A stretch of DNA of 64,000 bases from Octopus sinensis (lineage: Eukaryota), in contig NC_042997.1 in assembly GCF_006345805.1 (NCBI RefSeq), positions 37,200,001 to 37,264,000 on the forward strand, in the 5' to 3' direction. Positions within the stretch are counted from its first letter, which is position 1. Every line of letters starts with the position of its first letter. Shown piece after piece: positions 41,920-54,362 of this stretch. The notes beneath the pieces were generated by a model, which searched no databases, had not been told where the DNA came from, and worked only from the letters and a program-made list of their open reading frames with translations. Made by a program: the position numbers and the translations under genes.

Positions 41920-42640
41920 AATGCCAGTGGTATTCTTCTAGCGTTTAGCGGTCGAGGAGGAAATCTAGCAGTAAATGCATGTGTGCGTTTTATGGCTAAG
42001 GTCAGTGGCTGTAGAAATATTTTTAGGTATGGGGTATGGGGGTGTAGGCAGTCGTGAATGGAGACACCTTTGATTGTAAAATTATTTAAGGAATAAGTTA
42101 GATTTAAATATTAGGGGATCATGTTAGCGATAATGAAGGTATGTATGTCAGTCTTATGTGATCGGGGTGGATTTAATTATGGATTAATGGAAGAATTTAA
42201 AAGTACGGAAGAATGTGTGTTTACACGTTGTGAATTATTCGCTTCGTTTGTTAAGTATTTTGGTTGTAATTGTGAGGGTTTTTCAAAGCAGAGTCTACAA
42301 GTAGAGTGATGGCCCTCATATGGGATTCCAGAGTCTATTATAGTCCAGAATAGTCTATAATGCATTTTTTAAAATTAATTAGGTGGTGTACCTGGTTCGC
42401 TAGTGATGTGGAATTGCTATTTTCTTTATATTTAAATGAGTTTAAATGTGCATAATATCTTTTCTTAAAAGTTGTGGTAGATCTATATCGTTGCTATTGG
42501 AGTTATTTACTATGTTGTGAACGGTGCATTGGTATACGACGTTGAATCTTCTGCAATGGGCCATCAGCGGGCTGTCCGTCCCAGATCTGCAGTTGCTGAT
42601 TTCAGTTCTACGATGGTTAGTTGGAGAGAAAGATGAGGTA
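41920..42640 (-). mobile_element. Decayed Penelope-like RT fragment
   Basis: DSTSYTNAPF (cf. DV.SLYTNVP), SGIPYEG (cf. GIPMG) and thumb-like remnants; many stops. Confidence 0.45.
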
Positions 42641-42699
42641 GGGCTACAGGTAGATAAGCTAAAAGCTAGGGTCATGTTAGGTGCATCATTCACGATATT

Positions 42700-42834
42700 G
42701 CTGTTATCATTGCCGTCATTTCTATCACCAATATCAACGCCATCGTTACCATTATTATTATTATTACCATCATTATCGTTATCGCCATCGCTATTACAGT
42801 TATTATTATTACTAGTAGTATTTATTATTATTAC

Positions 42835-42880
<46 letters not shown>

Positions 42881-43080
42881 GGTGGTGGTGGTGATATTAT
42901 TATTGCAAATATTAGTATTATCGTTTGGGGTAAGAGTGTTAGTAATAGTATCATTTTTCAGTAATTGTAATATCGGCGTTGGTGGTAGTATTAGCGTTAT
43001 TGGTAGTCTTATTAACTGTTGTAGTATAGGTTTTATAAGTTGTAATATAGTTAGTACTGTTAGTATCAATATGCCTATTA
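42700..43080. repeat. (TTA)/(TAG)n/(TGG)n simple-repeat block
   Basis: Directly visible; generates the poly-S/G/L/P ORFs. Confidence 0.9.
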
Positions 43081-43199
43081 ATGCTAACGTCGCTTTCAAC
43101 TCTGCGCCCATTACCCTCCCAGGTGGGAAGTATATTATGTATAGATTATGTAAAGTGGTTGAGCCAGAGGTATTAGATATGTAATTGCGAGCGTTATTA

Positions 43200-43730
43200 G
43201 TGCTTTCGCTGTGTAGGTCTATGGGCAGGTTGTATGCATTTAGAGAGTAAGAACTAAATTTACGTTTGTTAGATGAAGCGGTAATAGATTATATATTTGG
43301 TGTAGTGGAATAGGATAATTTCAAAGTGGGTCCGTTAAAGATAGAATGATATTTGTGGTTGCGGGAGAAATTGGGCATCCACTATTTTAAAGAATGTTTT
43401 AGCAAACCCTAATGTTTAAAGCGAATGGCGCTGTATACCGGAAAATATACCGTTTTTATTATGCAAATTTGGGGAGGTGTAATTCCTAGTGTATGCTAGA
43501 AGAGAGTTAGGTTTGACGTTAGTATTCTAAGAACTAATGCTATGCGTGTGGGTACTAGGTAGTCGAGATTATCCATCGTAGTGGGAGGGATTGTCGAGCA
43601 AAAAAGTTTAGAGAGATGTTCTTTTAGTCTCGTTTTGGGTGTAAATTTAATCTCGTGGGAGAAACCACTAGCAGCTAGAGCTCGGTTACTGGTTAGTTAT
43701 TGAAGATTTCCTCAGTGGCGGATAGATTAA
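43200..43730 (-). mobile_element. Decayed PLE thumb-linker fragment of a second PLE lineage
   Basis: ATEEIFNN...AASGFSHEIKFTPK...FRYTAPFALN...FFKIVDAQF...FNGPTLKLSYSTTPNI..SNK, resembling the PLE WFNPPF / FN..T.K.SYSC.PN..HNK pattern. Confidence 0.55.
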
Positions 43731-43911
43731 CTATTCTGATGGTTATGCCTTTTGATTATACACTCGAACGTAGATTTCACTATAACCTTGGGACGTTCGT
43801 AATCCCTAACAGCACTTATCCAGCATACCTTGTCGTTTAGATCACCTGTGAAAAAAAACCCCCTTATTTTGTATGTATATATACACATAGGTATACGTAT
43901 ATATATATATG

Positions 43912-44086
43912 ATAGATCGTTAGCCACTACACATTTTTCTCTCCTTGTTTTCTGTGTCCCTTTCTGTAGAAGAGCGAAGGCTCGAAACGTAAAAGACGTT
44001 TTCTATTCCTGAGCGTTATACTAAACATATGCTTGTTTTGTACACCACCTGTCTTCGTCCTTGTAGTTTTTTTTGTAAACTTACCC

Positions 44087-44090
<4 letters not shown>
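43912..44090 (+). mobile_element. Short non-autonomous repeat with a hammerhead-like motif (further copies at 47984-48165 and 48982-49163)
   Basis: Three homologous copies in the window; contains CTTT-CTGTAGAA-GAGC-gaag-GCTC-GAAA-CGT-A-AAAG. Confidence 0.7.
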
Positions 44091-44139
<49 letters not shown>

Positions 44140-44175
44140 ATATATATATACATACATACATACATGCATACATAC

Positions 44176-44208
<33 letters not shown>

Positions 44209-45029
44209 CATACATACATACATACATACATACATACATACATACATACATACATAATTACATACATACATACAAACAAACATGCATACATACATTATAT
44301 TGAGAAATAAGGTCGCCAGATTTTAAGAATTTTTTTTAATTTCTTCATTATTATTATTAGAACTTTCGTCCGATTCCCGAACATGATAAACAGAAATTTG
44401 TGAATGTATAAATATCGTCATTTATATAAAAGAGATGTTTGGTGGGATTGTTTAGAAGAGGAGAACAATCTTTTTTATTGTTTGGGATGAGATTCCATGA
44501 CAATGGAGATAGATAGATAGATTGATAGGTGGATAGGTTGATAGATAGCCAGATATATGGAGAGAGGAGAGAGACTAAATACATAAATGAATGACGAATA
44601 GAAAGGGGGATCCTCCTTCTTTCTCTATCACTACCTATCTTTCTATCTGTCTGACTAGCTATCTCACTATCTATCAATCTTGTTATCTATCTATCAACCT
44701 ATCTAACTACCTATCTTTCTTTCTATCTATCTATCTCTTTTGTCATGGAACCACACCCCAAAAAAACAAAAGCAATGTTTTCCTCTTCTAAACAACATCA
44801 AAAAAACCCAGCTGTTCTATATAAATGAACAGGCTGTTTGTACATTCAAACAATTTCATCTGACAAGATCAGGAAACGAATGGAAGCGCTAATAATAATG
44901 AAGAAATAAAAAGATTGTTTTTCCAAAATTCTGGCGACCTTTATTCTCAATATTCAATATCTCTATACCACACCTAACACTCTATACGCACACACAAATG
45001 CACATACATACATAAATACATACATACAT

Positions 45030-45083
<54 letters not shown>

Positions 45084-45085
45084 TA

Positions 45086-45140
<55 letters not shown>

Positions 45141-45293
45141 CGTGTGTGTCTGTGTGTGTATATGTATATAGACAAGACATGTAGATAGACATCTCATAAA
45201 ACATCGTTTTATGTTTAGTCTAACTTGTAAAGTTTTATATTCTCTATTAATCGACTTTTTTATGTTTCAGTTTCCATATGTAACTGTTTAATC

Positions 45294-46280
45294 ATGCCAT
45301 GTACAAAAGAAACATCGGAACTGTCTGATTTTAAAAGAGACGGAATTGTGGATCATTCTGAAGCTGGACATAACCAGCGTGAAATCGCAGAAATCTTTTT
45401 GATCTCGCTTCCTAAAGTTAATTGAGTGATTGTGCGATTCACCAGAGAGAGAACGGAGTCCACATCACCTCACCCGGATCAATCGGAGCACTTTGACAGA
45501 ACACTTTTGTTTTCTAAGAGATGTGTGGAAAAGATGTCTCGTGACCAGGTGTCTGACATAGCAAAACAAGTTGATGTCTCTCCCAGAACAAGTGTCGTGT
45601 ATCACCTAAAACTTGGTTACTATGGCAGAGCACCACGAGGAAACCCACTTCTACCGGCCAACATCAAGCGGGGAGAAGAACGTCCCAGTGAGCTGGTGGA
45701 GAGGCCCCTAGTATTTTGGGACACTGTCATACCCGCAGATGAGTCGGGAATTGCTGCATTTTCAAACAGCCGTCGAGTGTAGGTCTGGAGACTCTGTAAT
45801 CAACAATTAGATGTCAGAAGATTGCAACCAACAATGAAACATGGTAGCTATTCTGCGATGGTCTGTGGAACAATTTGAACAGCGGTTGATCAGAGCTGGT
45901 GGTTTGTCAAGGAAAGATAAACACAGATAAATATGTGTCCATATTGTAGAAATGACTCCTTCCAATACCCTCCACTGGTGAAATAATTAAAGAAGACTCT
46001 TTATTTATGGAAGATACTACACGGCTAAAATAAGCAAAGATTTGTTGGGTGTGAATGGCATTAAAAATCTTCCATAGCCAGGCGAATCACCAGGTATGAA
46101 CCCTATTGAACACTTCTGGGACATAATGGATATGACAATTCATAAAAAGAACAACGGGGCATCATCAAAGCCAGATACGTTGCGATTACTACATGAAACT
46201 TAGCAAGAAGTTCCACAAAATACGTATCTCATCTGATCAGCAACATGTCTGACAGGGTCACTGCATTCAAAAATGAAAAT
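45294..46280 (+). pseudogene. Decayed Tc1-type (DD34E-like) transposase
   Basis: MPCTKETSELSDFKRDGIV...GHNQREIAE (HTH), VIPADES (cf. FSDES) and ESPGMNPIEHFWDIM (cf. SPDLNPIEHLW). Confidence 0.85.
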
Positions 46281-46444
46281 AGCATGTCTACTAAATTTTA
46301 AATATTCAAACTATAACCATTAAAGAATTTGAATGTATAATTTCAGATTAAAATAAAGTTTAATGATTATAAAGTTGTCTGTTTATTTCTATCATGTGTG
46401 TGTGTGTGTGTGTGTTGTGTGTGCGTGTGTGTACAAGACAGGGC

Positions 46445-46760
46445 ACATTGTTAGTAACTGATGACGAGTGTGTCAGTTAATTTGAACACGACAACAGCTT
46501 GCTCATGAAATCAACATGCAAGTACCTCAGTACTCCACAGATACGCGTACACTTAAAACAGTCCACAGGCGGTTTCAACGTGACACACCGCTCATGTGAC
46601 ATGAGCGGCTATCGAGTTACAGGTGCAATTCATCTTTGCCAGTTGAGTGAACTGCACCAACATGAAATAAAGTCTGTTTGTCAATGAACCGGGGACTGAA
46701 TTTACGCGTGAACTATTTATGAGTCGAATACACGTCCTATTAAGCCACTAGAGAGAGGAA
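46445..46760 (-). mobile_element. Older SINE, type D
   Basis: tRNA-like head on the minus strand near 46760; body and tail homologous to 36274-36570. Confidence 0.6.
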
Positions 46761-46839
46761 GAGAAACATATGTGGTATACACACAAACACGCACATACAC
46801 ACACACACGTAGACAAGAAATGCACACAAACATGCATAT

Positions 46840-46948
<109 letters not shown>

Positions 46949-47161
46949 ATTGATATAGGATAAAATTCTTTTCGGGAAAAAAATTTTATCAATGGCCAGC
47001 ATATCAAAAAATGCCTTTAAAGGTAAAATTTATACATAATTTACAAGATAAGGGCAGAAGAAAAATTCTAATGCCAGATACGCCGAAACCAAAAATTGTC
47101 GATAACCATTAAATTTATGCGTCTCGAAACAAACCGATAGAAGTCTCTAAAAATTCGTTAT

Positions 47162-47220
47162 TACCGTATTGGTCCAATTTCGGGTTTAATTCACTAGAAA
47201 TGTTCTCCTCTTCAGCGGCA
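47162..47220 (-). ncRNA. Type-I hammerhead ribozyme motif (left arm, one stem-II substitution)
   Basis: Reverse complement of the right-arm motif, with GGAG instead of GGGG. Confidence 0.68.
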
Positions 47221-47361
47221 CATACGCGAGATATAAATGAAATACTTATTCATACCCATGGAAGAAACAAGCACCAAGTCCCGAGCAGACTTAAGTACCC
47301 CGACTTGGTGCTAGCTTCTTCCGTGGGTATGAATAAGTATTTCATTTATATCTCGCGTATG

Positions 47362-47420
47362 TGCCGCTGAAGAGGGGAACATTTCTAGTGAATTAAACCC
47401 GAAATTGGACCAATACGGTA
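47362..47420 (+). ncRNA. Type-I hammerhead ribozyme motif (right arm)
   Basis: TGCCG-CTGAAGA-GGG-(21 nt)-CCC-GAAA-TTGG-A-CCAA-T-A-CGGTA: all stems pair, AUA triplet, near-palindromic helix III. Confidence 0.75.
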
Positions 47421-47545
47421 ATAACGAATGTTTTAGAGACTTCTATCTGTTTGTTTCGAGACGCATAAATTTAATGGTTATCGACAATTTTTGGTTTCGG
47501 CGTATCTGGCATTATAATTTTTCTTCTGCACTTATCTTGTAAATT

Positions 47546-47595
<50 letters not shown>

Positions 47596-48253
47596 TATTC
47601 TGTTTAAGAACTTTGTAGAGTACAGTATAAATCTCGTCCACAACACATTTATTGATAAACTAAGTGGCAGTATGAGGAAACAAAACTAGATCTCATAATG
47701 CCGGTAAACCTGCAAACTTGGAGAACAACGTGGCGTGGAAACAATTGTAAAGTATCCAAATAAATATCCAACTGCATTCCCCTTCTTGACTCCAACATAT
47801 TCAATTATATCTATACATTATACATACATAAATATATCTATATATATATACGCACGCACACGCACATATAAGAGCATTAAATTTTTTGAGAGAAGCGAAA
47901 GTATGTGACAAGAAAGACAAAACACGGGAGAAATATTTTACAATTACAAATACAGGCATCAAGATGGTAGCAGCAGTCCCCATGATAGATCGGTAGCCAC
48001 TACGCACATTTTTTCTCTCCTTGTTTCTTTCTGTGTTCCTTTCTGTGGAAAAGCGCAAGCTCGAAACGTATAAGACTTTTTCAATTCCCGAGCGTTATAC
48101 TAATACATCTGTTTGTTTTCTACACTACCTATCTTGGTCTTTTGTTCTTTTCGTGAATCCTCCCTATATATATGTAAGTATGTATGAATGTATGTATGTA
48201 TATACATATATATATAATATATATGTGTGTGTGGTGTGTGTGTGTGTGTGTGT

Positions 48254-48430
48254 GTGGAGGCGCAATGGGCCAGTGATTAGGGCAGTGGACTCGCGTTCGG
48301 AGGATTGCGGTTTCGATTCCCAGACCAGGCGTTGTGTGTGTTTATTGAGCGAAAACACCTAAATGCTCCACGAGGCTCCGGCAGGGGGTGGTGATCCCTG
48401 CTGTACTCTTTCACCACTCTTTCTCCCACT
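48254..48430 (+). mobile_element. tRNA-derived SINE, type C (copy 1 of the duplication)
   Basis: gtggaggcgcaatgggccagtgattagggcagtggactcgcg...ggtttcgattccc (A and B boxes). Confidence 0.8.
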
Positions 48431-48466
48431 TTCTTCTGTTGGTCTGGTCGGTCAGGTGATCACGGG

Positions 48467-48500
<34 letters not shown>

Positions 48501-48555
48501 TATATTGTCGTCTGTTGCGTTCTTGTTCCGTTTTGCATATATATATATATATATT

Positions 48556-48589
<34 letters not shown>

Positions 48590-49215
48590 GTTATATTCTG
48601 TTTAAGAACTTTGTAGAGTACAGTATAAATCTCGTCCACAACACATTTATTGATAAACTAAGTGGCAGTATGAGGAAACAAAACTAGATCTCATAATGCC
48701 GGTAAACCTGCAAACTTGGAGAACAACGTGGCGTGGAAACAATTGTAAAGTATCCAAATAAATATCCAACTGCATTCCCCTTCTTGACTCCAACATATTC
48801 AATTATATCTATACATTATACATACATAAATATATCTATATATATATACGCACGCACACGCACATATAAGAGCATTAAATTTTTTGAGAGAAGCGAAAGT
48901 ATGTGACAAGAAAGACAAAACACGGGAGAAATATTTTACAATTACAAATACAGGCATCAAGATGGTAGCAGCAGTCCCCATGATAGATCGGTAGCCACTA
49001 CGCACATTTTTTCTCTCCTTGTTTCTTTCTGTGTTCCTTTCTGTGGAAAAGCGCAAGCTCGAAACGTATAAGACTTTTTCAATTCCCGAGCGTTATACTA
49101 ATACATCTGTTTGTTTTCTACACTACCTATCTTGGTCTTTTGTTCTTTTCGTGAATCCTCCCTATATATATGTAAGTATGTATGAATGTATGTATGTATA
49201 TACATATATATATAA

Positions 49216-49247
<32 letters not shown>

Positions 49248-49250
<3 letters not shown>

Positions 49251-49420
49251 GAGGCGCAATGGGCCAGTGATTAGGGCAGTGGACTCGCGTTCGGAGGATT
49301 GCGGTTTCGATTCCCAGACCAGGCGTTGTGTGTGTTTATTGAGCGAAAACACCTAAATGCTCCACGAGGCTCCGGCAGGGGGTGGTGATCCCTGCTGTAC
49401 TCTTTCACCACTCTTTCTCC
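49248..49420 (+). mobile_element. tRNA-derived SINE, type C (copy 2 of the duplication)
   Basis: Identical to 48254-48430. Confidence 0.8.
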
Positions 49421-49457
49421 CACTTTCTTCTGTTGGTCTGGTCGGTCAGGTGATCAC

Positions 49458-49500
<43 letters not shown>

Positions 49501-49503
<3 letters not shown>

Positions 49504-49528
49504 CGTCTGTTGCGTTCTTGTTCCGTTT

Positions 49529-49576
<48 letters not shown>

Positions 49577-50582
49577 AAACGGAACAAAGATTGCAACATA
49601 CGACAATAAGACACCTTTATAAATAGACGATACAAAGATGTACAGGAAAAAAGTACGGGTTGGCGCAGACTTCCCTCATCAGTCAGTTTCCAGATTGTCC
49701 CTACATTTTCGGCCGGTTACACTTGAGACTGTTCAAATTTGGCTGGCCCAAAAAATCTAAGGTAAAAGCATTTAATTTTTAGGAAGAGAGGAAGCGAATG
49801 TGTGCGCCAAGAAAACAAATAAACCCAAGGAAATTTTTCCATAATTACAAATACAAGCATCAACAAGGTAACAGCAAGTGTCTTTCGACCAGTAAGATAA
49901 ATCAAATTGGGCTGGCGTCTGTAGAGTGAAAGACTTAAGGCAAGAACATAAGAGATGAATATAAGATATGAAAATAATGAGACAGGAATATAAAAGATGC
50001 TTCGCGGCCTTTAGTAGAGACAAAGAAAGAAACATCATGCTTGGCCGAACACCGAGCACGAGGAAGGAAAGGAGAGAGGTAAGGACAGAAGGATTGGAAA
50101 ATGAGGGGAATAACGAGAAAGAGCTGAAACCATAGGGTGACAGAAAAAGGTACAAGGAAGATGAACGAGGAGGGAAACTAGGGAGATTAAAGAAAGAGAA
50201 TGCCATGATTGGTGAGAGCGGCAAAACGAGAAGAGACAAAGAGGAAAGAAAGACAAAATCAGGAAGAGAACTAAGAGTCATGCAGAATTTAGACACATAC
50301 ATCCATACAAGGTGAGCAAAAGTTTACCTACGCCGCTATATTTATATATAAATTTTAAAAAATGGAACAAGGACGCAACATGCCGCAATAAAACATATGG
50401 ACAGATAAACGATAGAAAAACGGACAGGAAAAAAAAAGGACTGTAAGGATGATATGGAAATTTGACTGATGAGAGAAGTATGTGAATGATCGTCCTTGTT
50501 TTTTCCTGCCCGTCTTTGCATCGTCTATCTCTCTGGAAGTTTTATTATCATCTGTTATGTTCTTATTCCCTTTTTTGTATAC

Positions 50583-50647
<65 letters not shown>

Positions 50648-50716
50648 GTGTGTGTGTTGTGTGCGTGTGTGTATACAAAAAAGGAATAAGAACACAACAG
50701 ATGACAATAAAACTAT
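49501..50716. repeat. Chain of short inverted repeats of a PLE-UTR-like family around (TA)n tracts
   Basis: 49501-49531 vs 49574-49606; 50365-50443 vs 50490-50575; 50539-50582 vs 50671-50713; 49575-49720 (-) is homologous to 50440-50580 (+). Confidence 0.75.
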
Positions 50717-50735
50717 ATATGTATATATATATAAA

Positions 50736-52022
50736 CAGGGTGGGGAAGCAAAATTTACAATATTTTGAAGCAGGGGTTGAAAGACAGTGTATGACCAATT
50801 TATTTATTGAAAGTCACGAGAATTTATTTGCCACAAGACAATTTACATAATAGAAAATATTCTTATTCTATGTGTCCTCCTTCTTTCTCAATAACTGCCT
50901 TCACACGCTTCCTGAAACTTGCATAGGCGTTCCTCAAATATTCGGGAGGCAACTTCTCCCATTCTTCTTTGATAATATCTTTAAGGGAGTCGACATTGCT
51001 GCATGATGTTCTATTGGTAGCATTTCTAAAACGCCCCAAATAGCATATTCCAGAGAGTTTAGATCTGGGCTAGAAAGGCGGCCATAAACATGATTCCAAA
51101 AAATTGCTAAACTTTGGTTTGCAGAAATCTTGTATTTTTCTAGCTGTGTTGGCTGGAGTACCATCTTGTGTCCATACATAATTACCATCTGGGTAGTTTG
51201 CTTTAAGCCACGGCAATACCTGGTATCTCAGAGTCTTGTAGTAAGTACTAACATTGATCATTTCATCAGATTTGTAGAATTTTATAGGCATTTTCTTTCC
51301 ATCGGAAGCCTTAACACCAAAAGCCATAACTTGAGCAGGATCTTTTGTTTTGAATGTCCCCTTAACCTAAGCTATTGATTTTGCGGTAAATCTGTCATTG
51401 CTGCTGATGAGAACAGCATCGACAGTGAAGAACTTTTCATCTGAAAAGATCATTACAATGGAGGACTTGTTCGTGAACCATGTAATAATTTTCTTGCACC
51501 TCCCGAATCTCTTTTCCTTCATAGCTGTTGTCAACAAGTGTTTTGGTGTTCTTGTGTAAGATGTTAACCTCAAATCATATTTTACAGCATTTCTAATGGT
51601 CTTGTCTACCTCAAGTTCAATTGCCATCTTTGTCATGGCTTTGGTTGGTTCCTTTAGGATTTTGGATTTGAGAGCTTTAAAAATAGCTTTGGTACGTTTT
51701 TTGTTGATTCCTCAACTTCCAGGCTTCCTCGTAATAGTTTTGCTCATAGTCATTCTATTCATTACATTATAAATAGTCTTTATGGACAATCCAACTATTT
51801 TTGAAATCTCCTTTGGTGTGACGAGTGCATTCAGAAAATCACACACTCTTCGACTTTTGCTTTCCTGATTACTCATATGGGCAAAAGTTTCTGAAAACGT
51901 AAGGATAATAGTGTTAGGTATGAGTATGACATCACTATATGCTAGGTTTCAAAACAATTGACTTAGTGCCTCCTGAGAAAAAACAACTTTACTTTCCTTG
52001 TAAATTTTGCTTCCCCACCCTG
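50736..52022 (-). mobile_element. Full-length Tc1/mariner-superfamily transposon, maT/DD37D-like, with a disrupted transposase
   Basis: Perfect 25-bp TIRs CAGGGTGGGGAAGCAAAATTTACAA; TA on the right flank. ATG at 51876 (MSNQESKSRRVCDFL), IFSDEKFFTV, WTQDGTPA, WPPSSPDLNSLEYAIW, with 37 residues between D2 and the third acidic residue. Stops and frameshifts are present. Confidence 0.92.
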
Positions 52023-52039
52023 TATATACATACATATAC

Positions 52040-52070
<31 letters not shown>

Positions 52071-52973
52071 AGTACATGTACACACACACGCACAAATGCT
52101 TGCATGTATATAAGCAAAATGAATACTACCTTGATCATCATATCTGTTTATTATATATTTCTATGCGTTTTACCGATCAGAACTTTTTTATTGCTTGCAA
52201 ATTATCATAAAGAATAATTTTTGACCGGAACCTCCTTTTAAGATATACAATTTTTCTATCTCGTCTATAGAAACATCCTTATGTTGATCATCCAGTCGTT
52301 TGTGAAAATGACAAGCAAGAATGATTATATTTTGAATTTTACCCTGAGTCTCAATTTCCTTTTGTCCTTGTGGCGATAATTCACTAACATGTAGTAGATG
52401 CGATGTAGATTATTACCAAATAGATTTTTAAAATTTCGCTCGTTACTCATTTACAAGAAATTCTCACGATCTGTAGTTAACTGAAACATTCTGAAAACTT
52501 TTGGCATTTCGTGATATATGAATAAAATTGTGTATTTGAAATATATTTTCCTACATACATTTGAAGATATAATTTAATGCTATGTAAAATGCTACGTAAT
52601 AATCGGTGATTAATTAAATGTATTCGGTTTTGATAAACTCCATCATAAATTTTTATTGGACTACAAACGGTTATATATATACATTCAACGCTAAAACGCT
52701 GTTATTGATATCAGTTCAGCAAACGATGCTGTATTAGTTAATGAACTATAAATTTCATTAACGCACATAAATATGTGGAGATGTTTCTAGAACATGGAAC
52801 ATTAAATAGGCCAATCAGTAGTTGATTGTGTGATCATGGTGTGTGCTTGTTGCTCTATGTACACTTGTAAGTGAAATAAAATGACAGAAACAAAAAGACA
52901 CTCAGAATATACAAATATATCTAGCATAAGAGGAAACTGCACATATATCACAACACCTCTGTCCACACATACA

Positions 52974-53036
<63 letters not shown>

Positions 53037-53046
53037 ATATATATAT

Positions 53047-53079
<33 letters not shown>

Positions 53080-53999
53080 TGTATGCATATGTATGTGTAT
53101 GTATGTTTATATATATATACATATATACATATATATATACATACATATATATATATTTCTATGCATATTGATTATATATATATATATATATATATATATT
53201 AATATATATAAACACACAAACACAGGCACACGTGTGTGTGTGAATGTGTCTGTGTATGCATGTATGTATGTACATATGTATGTGCATGTATTCGTGTTCG
53301 TGAATATACACTTGTATAGGTAGTTTATGTAAGCGAATAATTGAGAAAGTATAGATGGTTGACATATTGGTTTTAAGTTTGATTCCGGCTTTCCTATCAC
53401 TTCCTTTTGTTTCAATGAAATTGTATGAAAATGTGTTTGTTAGAAATCTTTCTATTGTAAGCAGCTAGGATGCAATTTCTGCATGACTTCACACAATCCA
53501 TATACGAATGCTTAAACGTCAGTCTCAATAAACACCAATCTGGCTTACAGAACTTGCCGAAATCTGATGATGCTATACAAATATTTTCTATTCATTCTAC
53601 CGTAAGCTCCCTATAGACCCAAATATTTGAGAGGAACGAAGTTAAATGTAAGTGGTCTCTGCAAGAGCAGTGTCTATACTCAAGTATTGATCCACGTATT
53701 CGACATGTTGAGAGCTGACCAATTACTAATTCAAGTGATGTATACATTAACGTTTTATTGAAGTTTCATAGAAAAACTTCCATAGCTGTATTCAGAATCT
53801 ATAAAAGTATGTATTTTCCTATTCATAAGATAGGAGATGTGACCTTCAACAATTTACATCCAACACACACAGATATGAACGTATATATATATAAATATAT
53901 ATATACACAAACACACTTATTTCTTTTATTCATTTATTTGTTTCAGGCCATGCTGAAGCATTACATTTAGTCGACCAAATCCACTTATTCTGCAAGCCT

Positions 54000-54303
54000 A
54001 GTACTTATTCTATCGTTTTCTTTTGCAGAACAGCTACGTTACGAGGAGGTAAACACACCAATATCGGTTGTCAAGAGGTGTTGGGAGAACAAACACATCC
54101 ACACCCACATACACACACAGAGACATATATACATATATATATACGACGGGCTTCTTTCAGTTTCCGTCTCCTAATTCCACTCACAAATCTTTGGTCGGTC
54201 CGAGCCTAGAGTTGATGACACTTGCACAAGGTGCTACACAGTGGGACTGAACCCGGAACCATGTGGTTCGTAAGCAAGCTGCTAACCACACACCAACTAC
54301 TGC
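54000..54303 (-). mobile_element. Type-B SINE variant (diverged)
   Basis: gacgggcttctttcagtttccgtc...gggactgaacccggaaccatgtgg...cacacaccaact. Confidence 0.8.
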
Positions 54304-54322
54304 ATATATATATATATAAATG

Positions 54323-54362
<40 letters not shown>

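Larger units (their letters stand above)
47036..47546. repeat. Near-perfect fold-back palindrome: about 245-bp arms, 21-nt loop (47281-47301)
   Basis: 47036-47280 is the reverse complement of 47302-47546 with few substitutions; (TA)n on both sides; the left arm extends about 80 bp further (46955-47035). Confidence 0.95.
47550..49545 (+). repeat. 998-bp direct tandem duplication with (TA)n at the junctions
   Basis: Identical ORFs at 47801/48799 and 48021/49019 (offset 998). The copies appear to differ only in microsatellite length. Confidence 0.93.

Noticed and set aside
50460-50530. CTGATGA core (also on the minus strand near 49680)
   Set aside because: No correctly placed downstream GAAA, helix III or NUH, so it is not a complete hammerhead.
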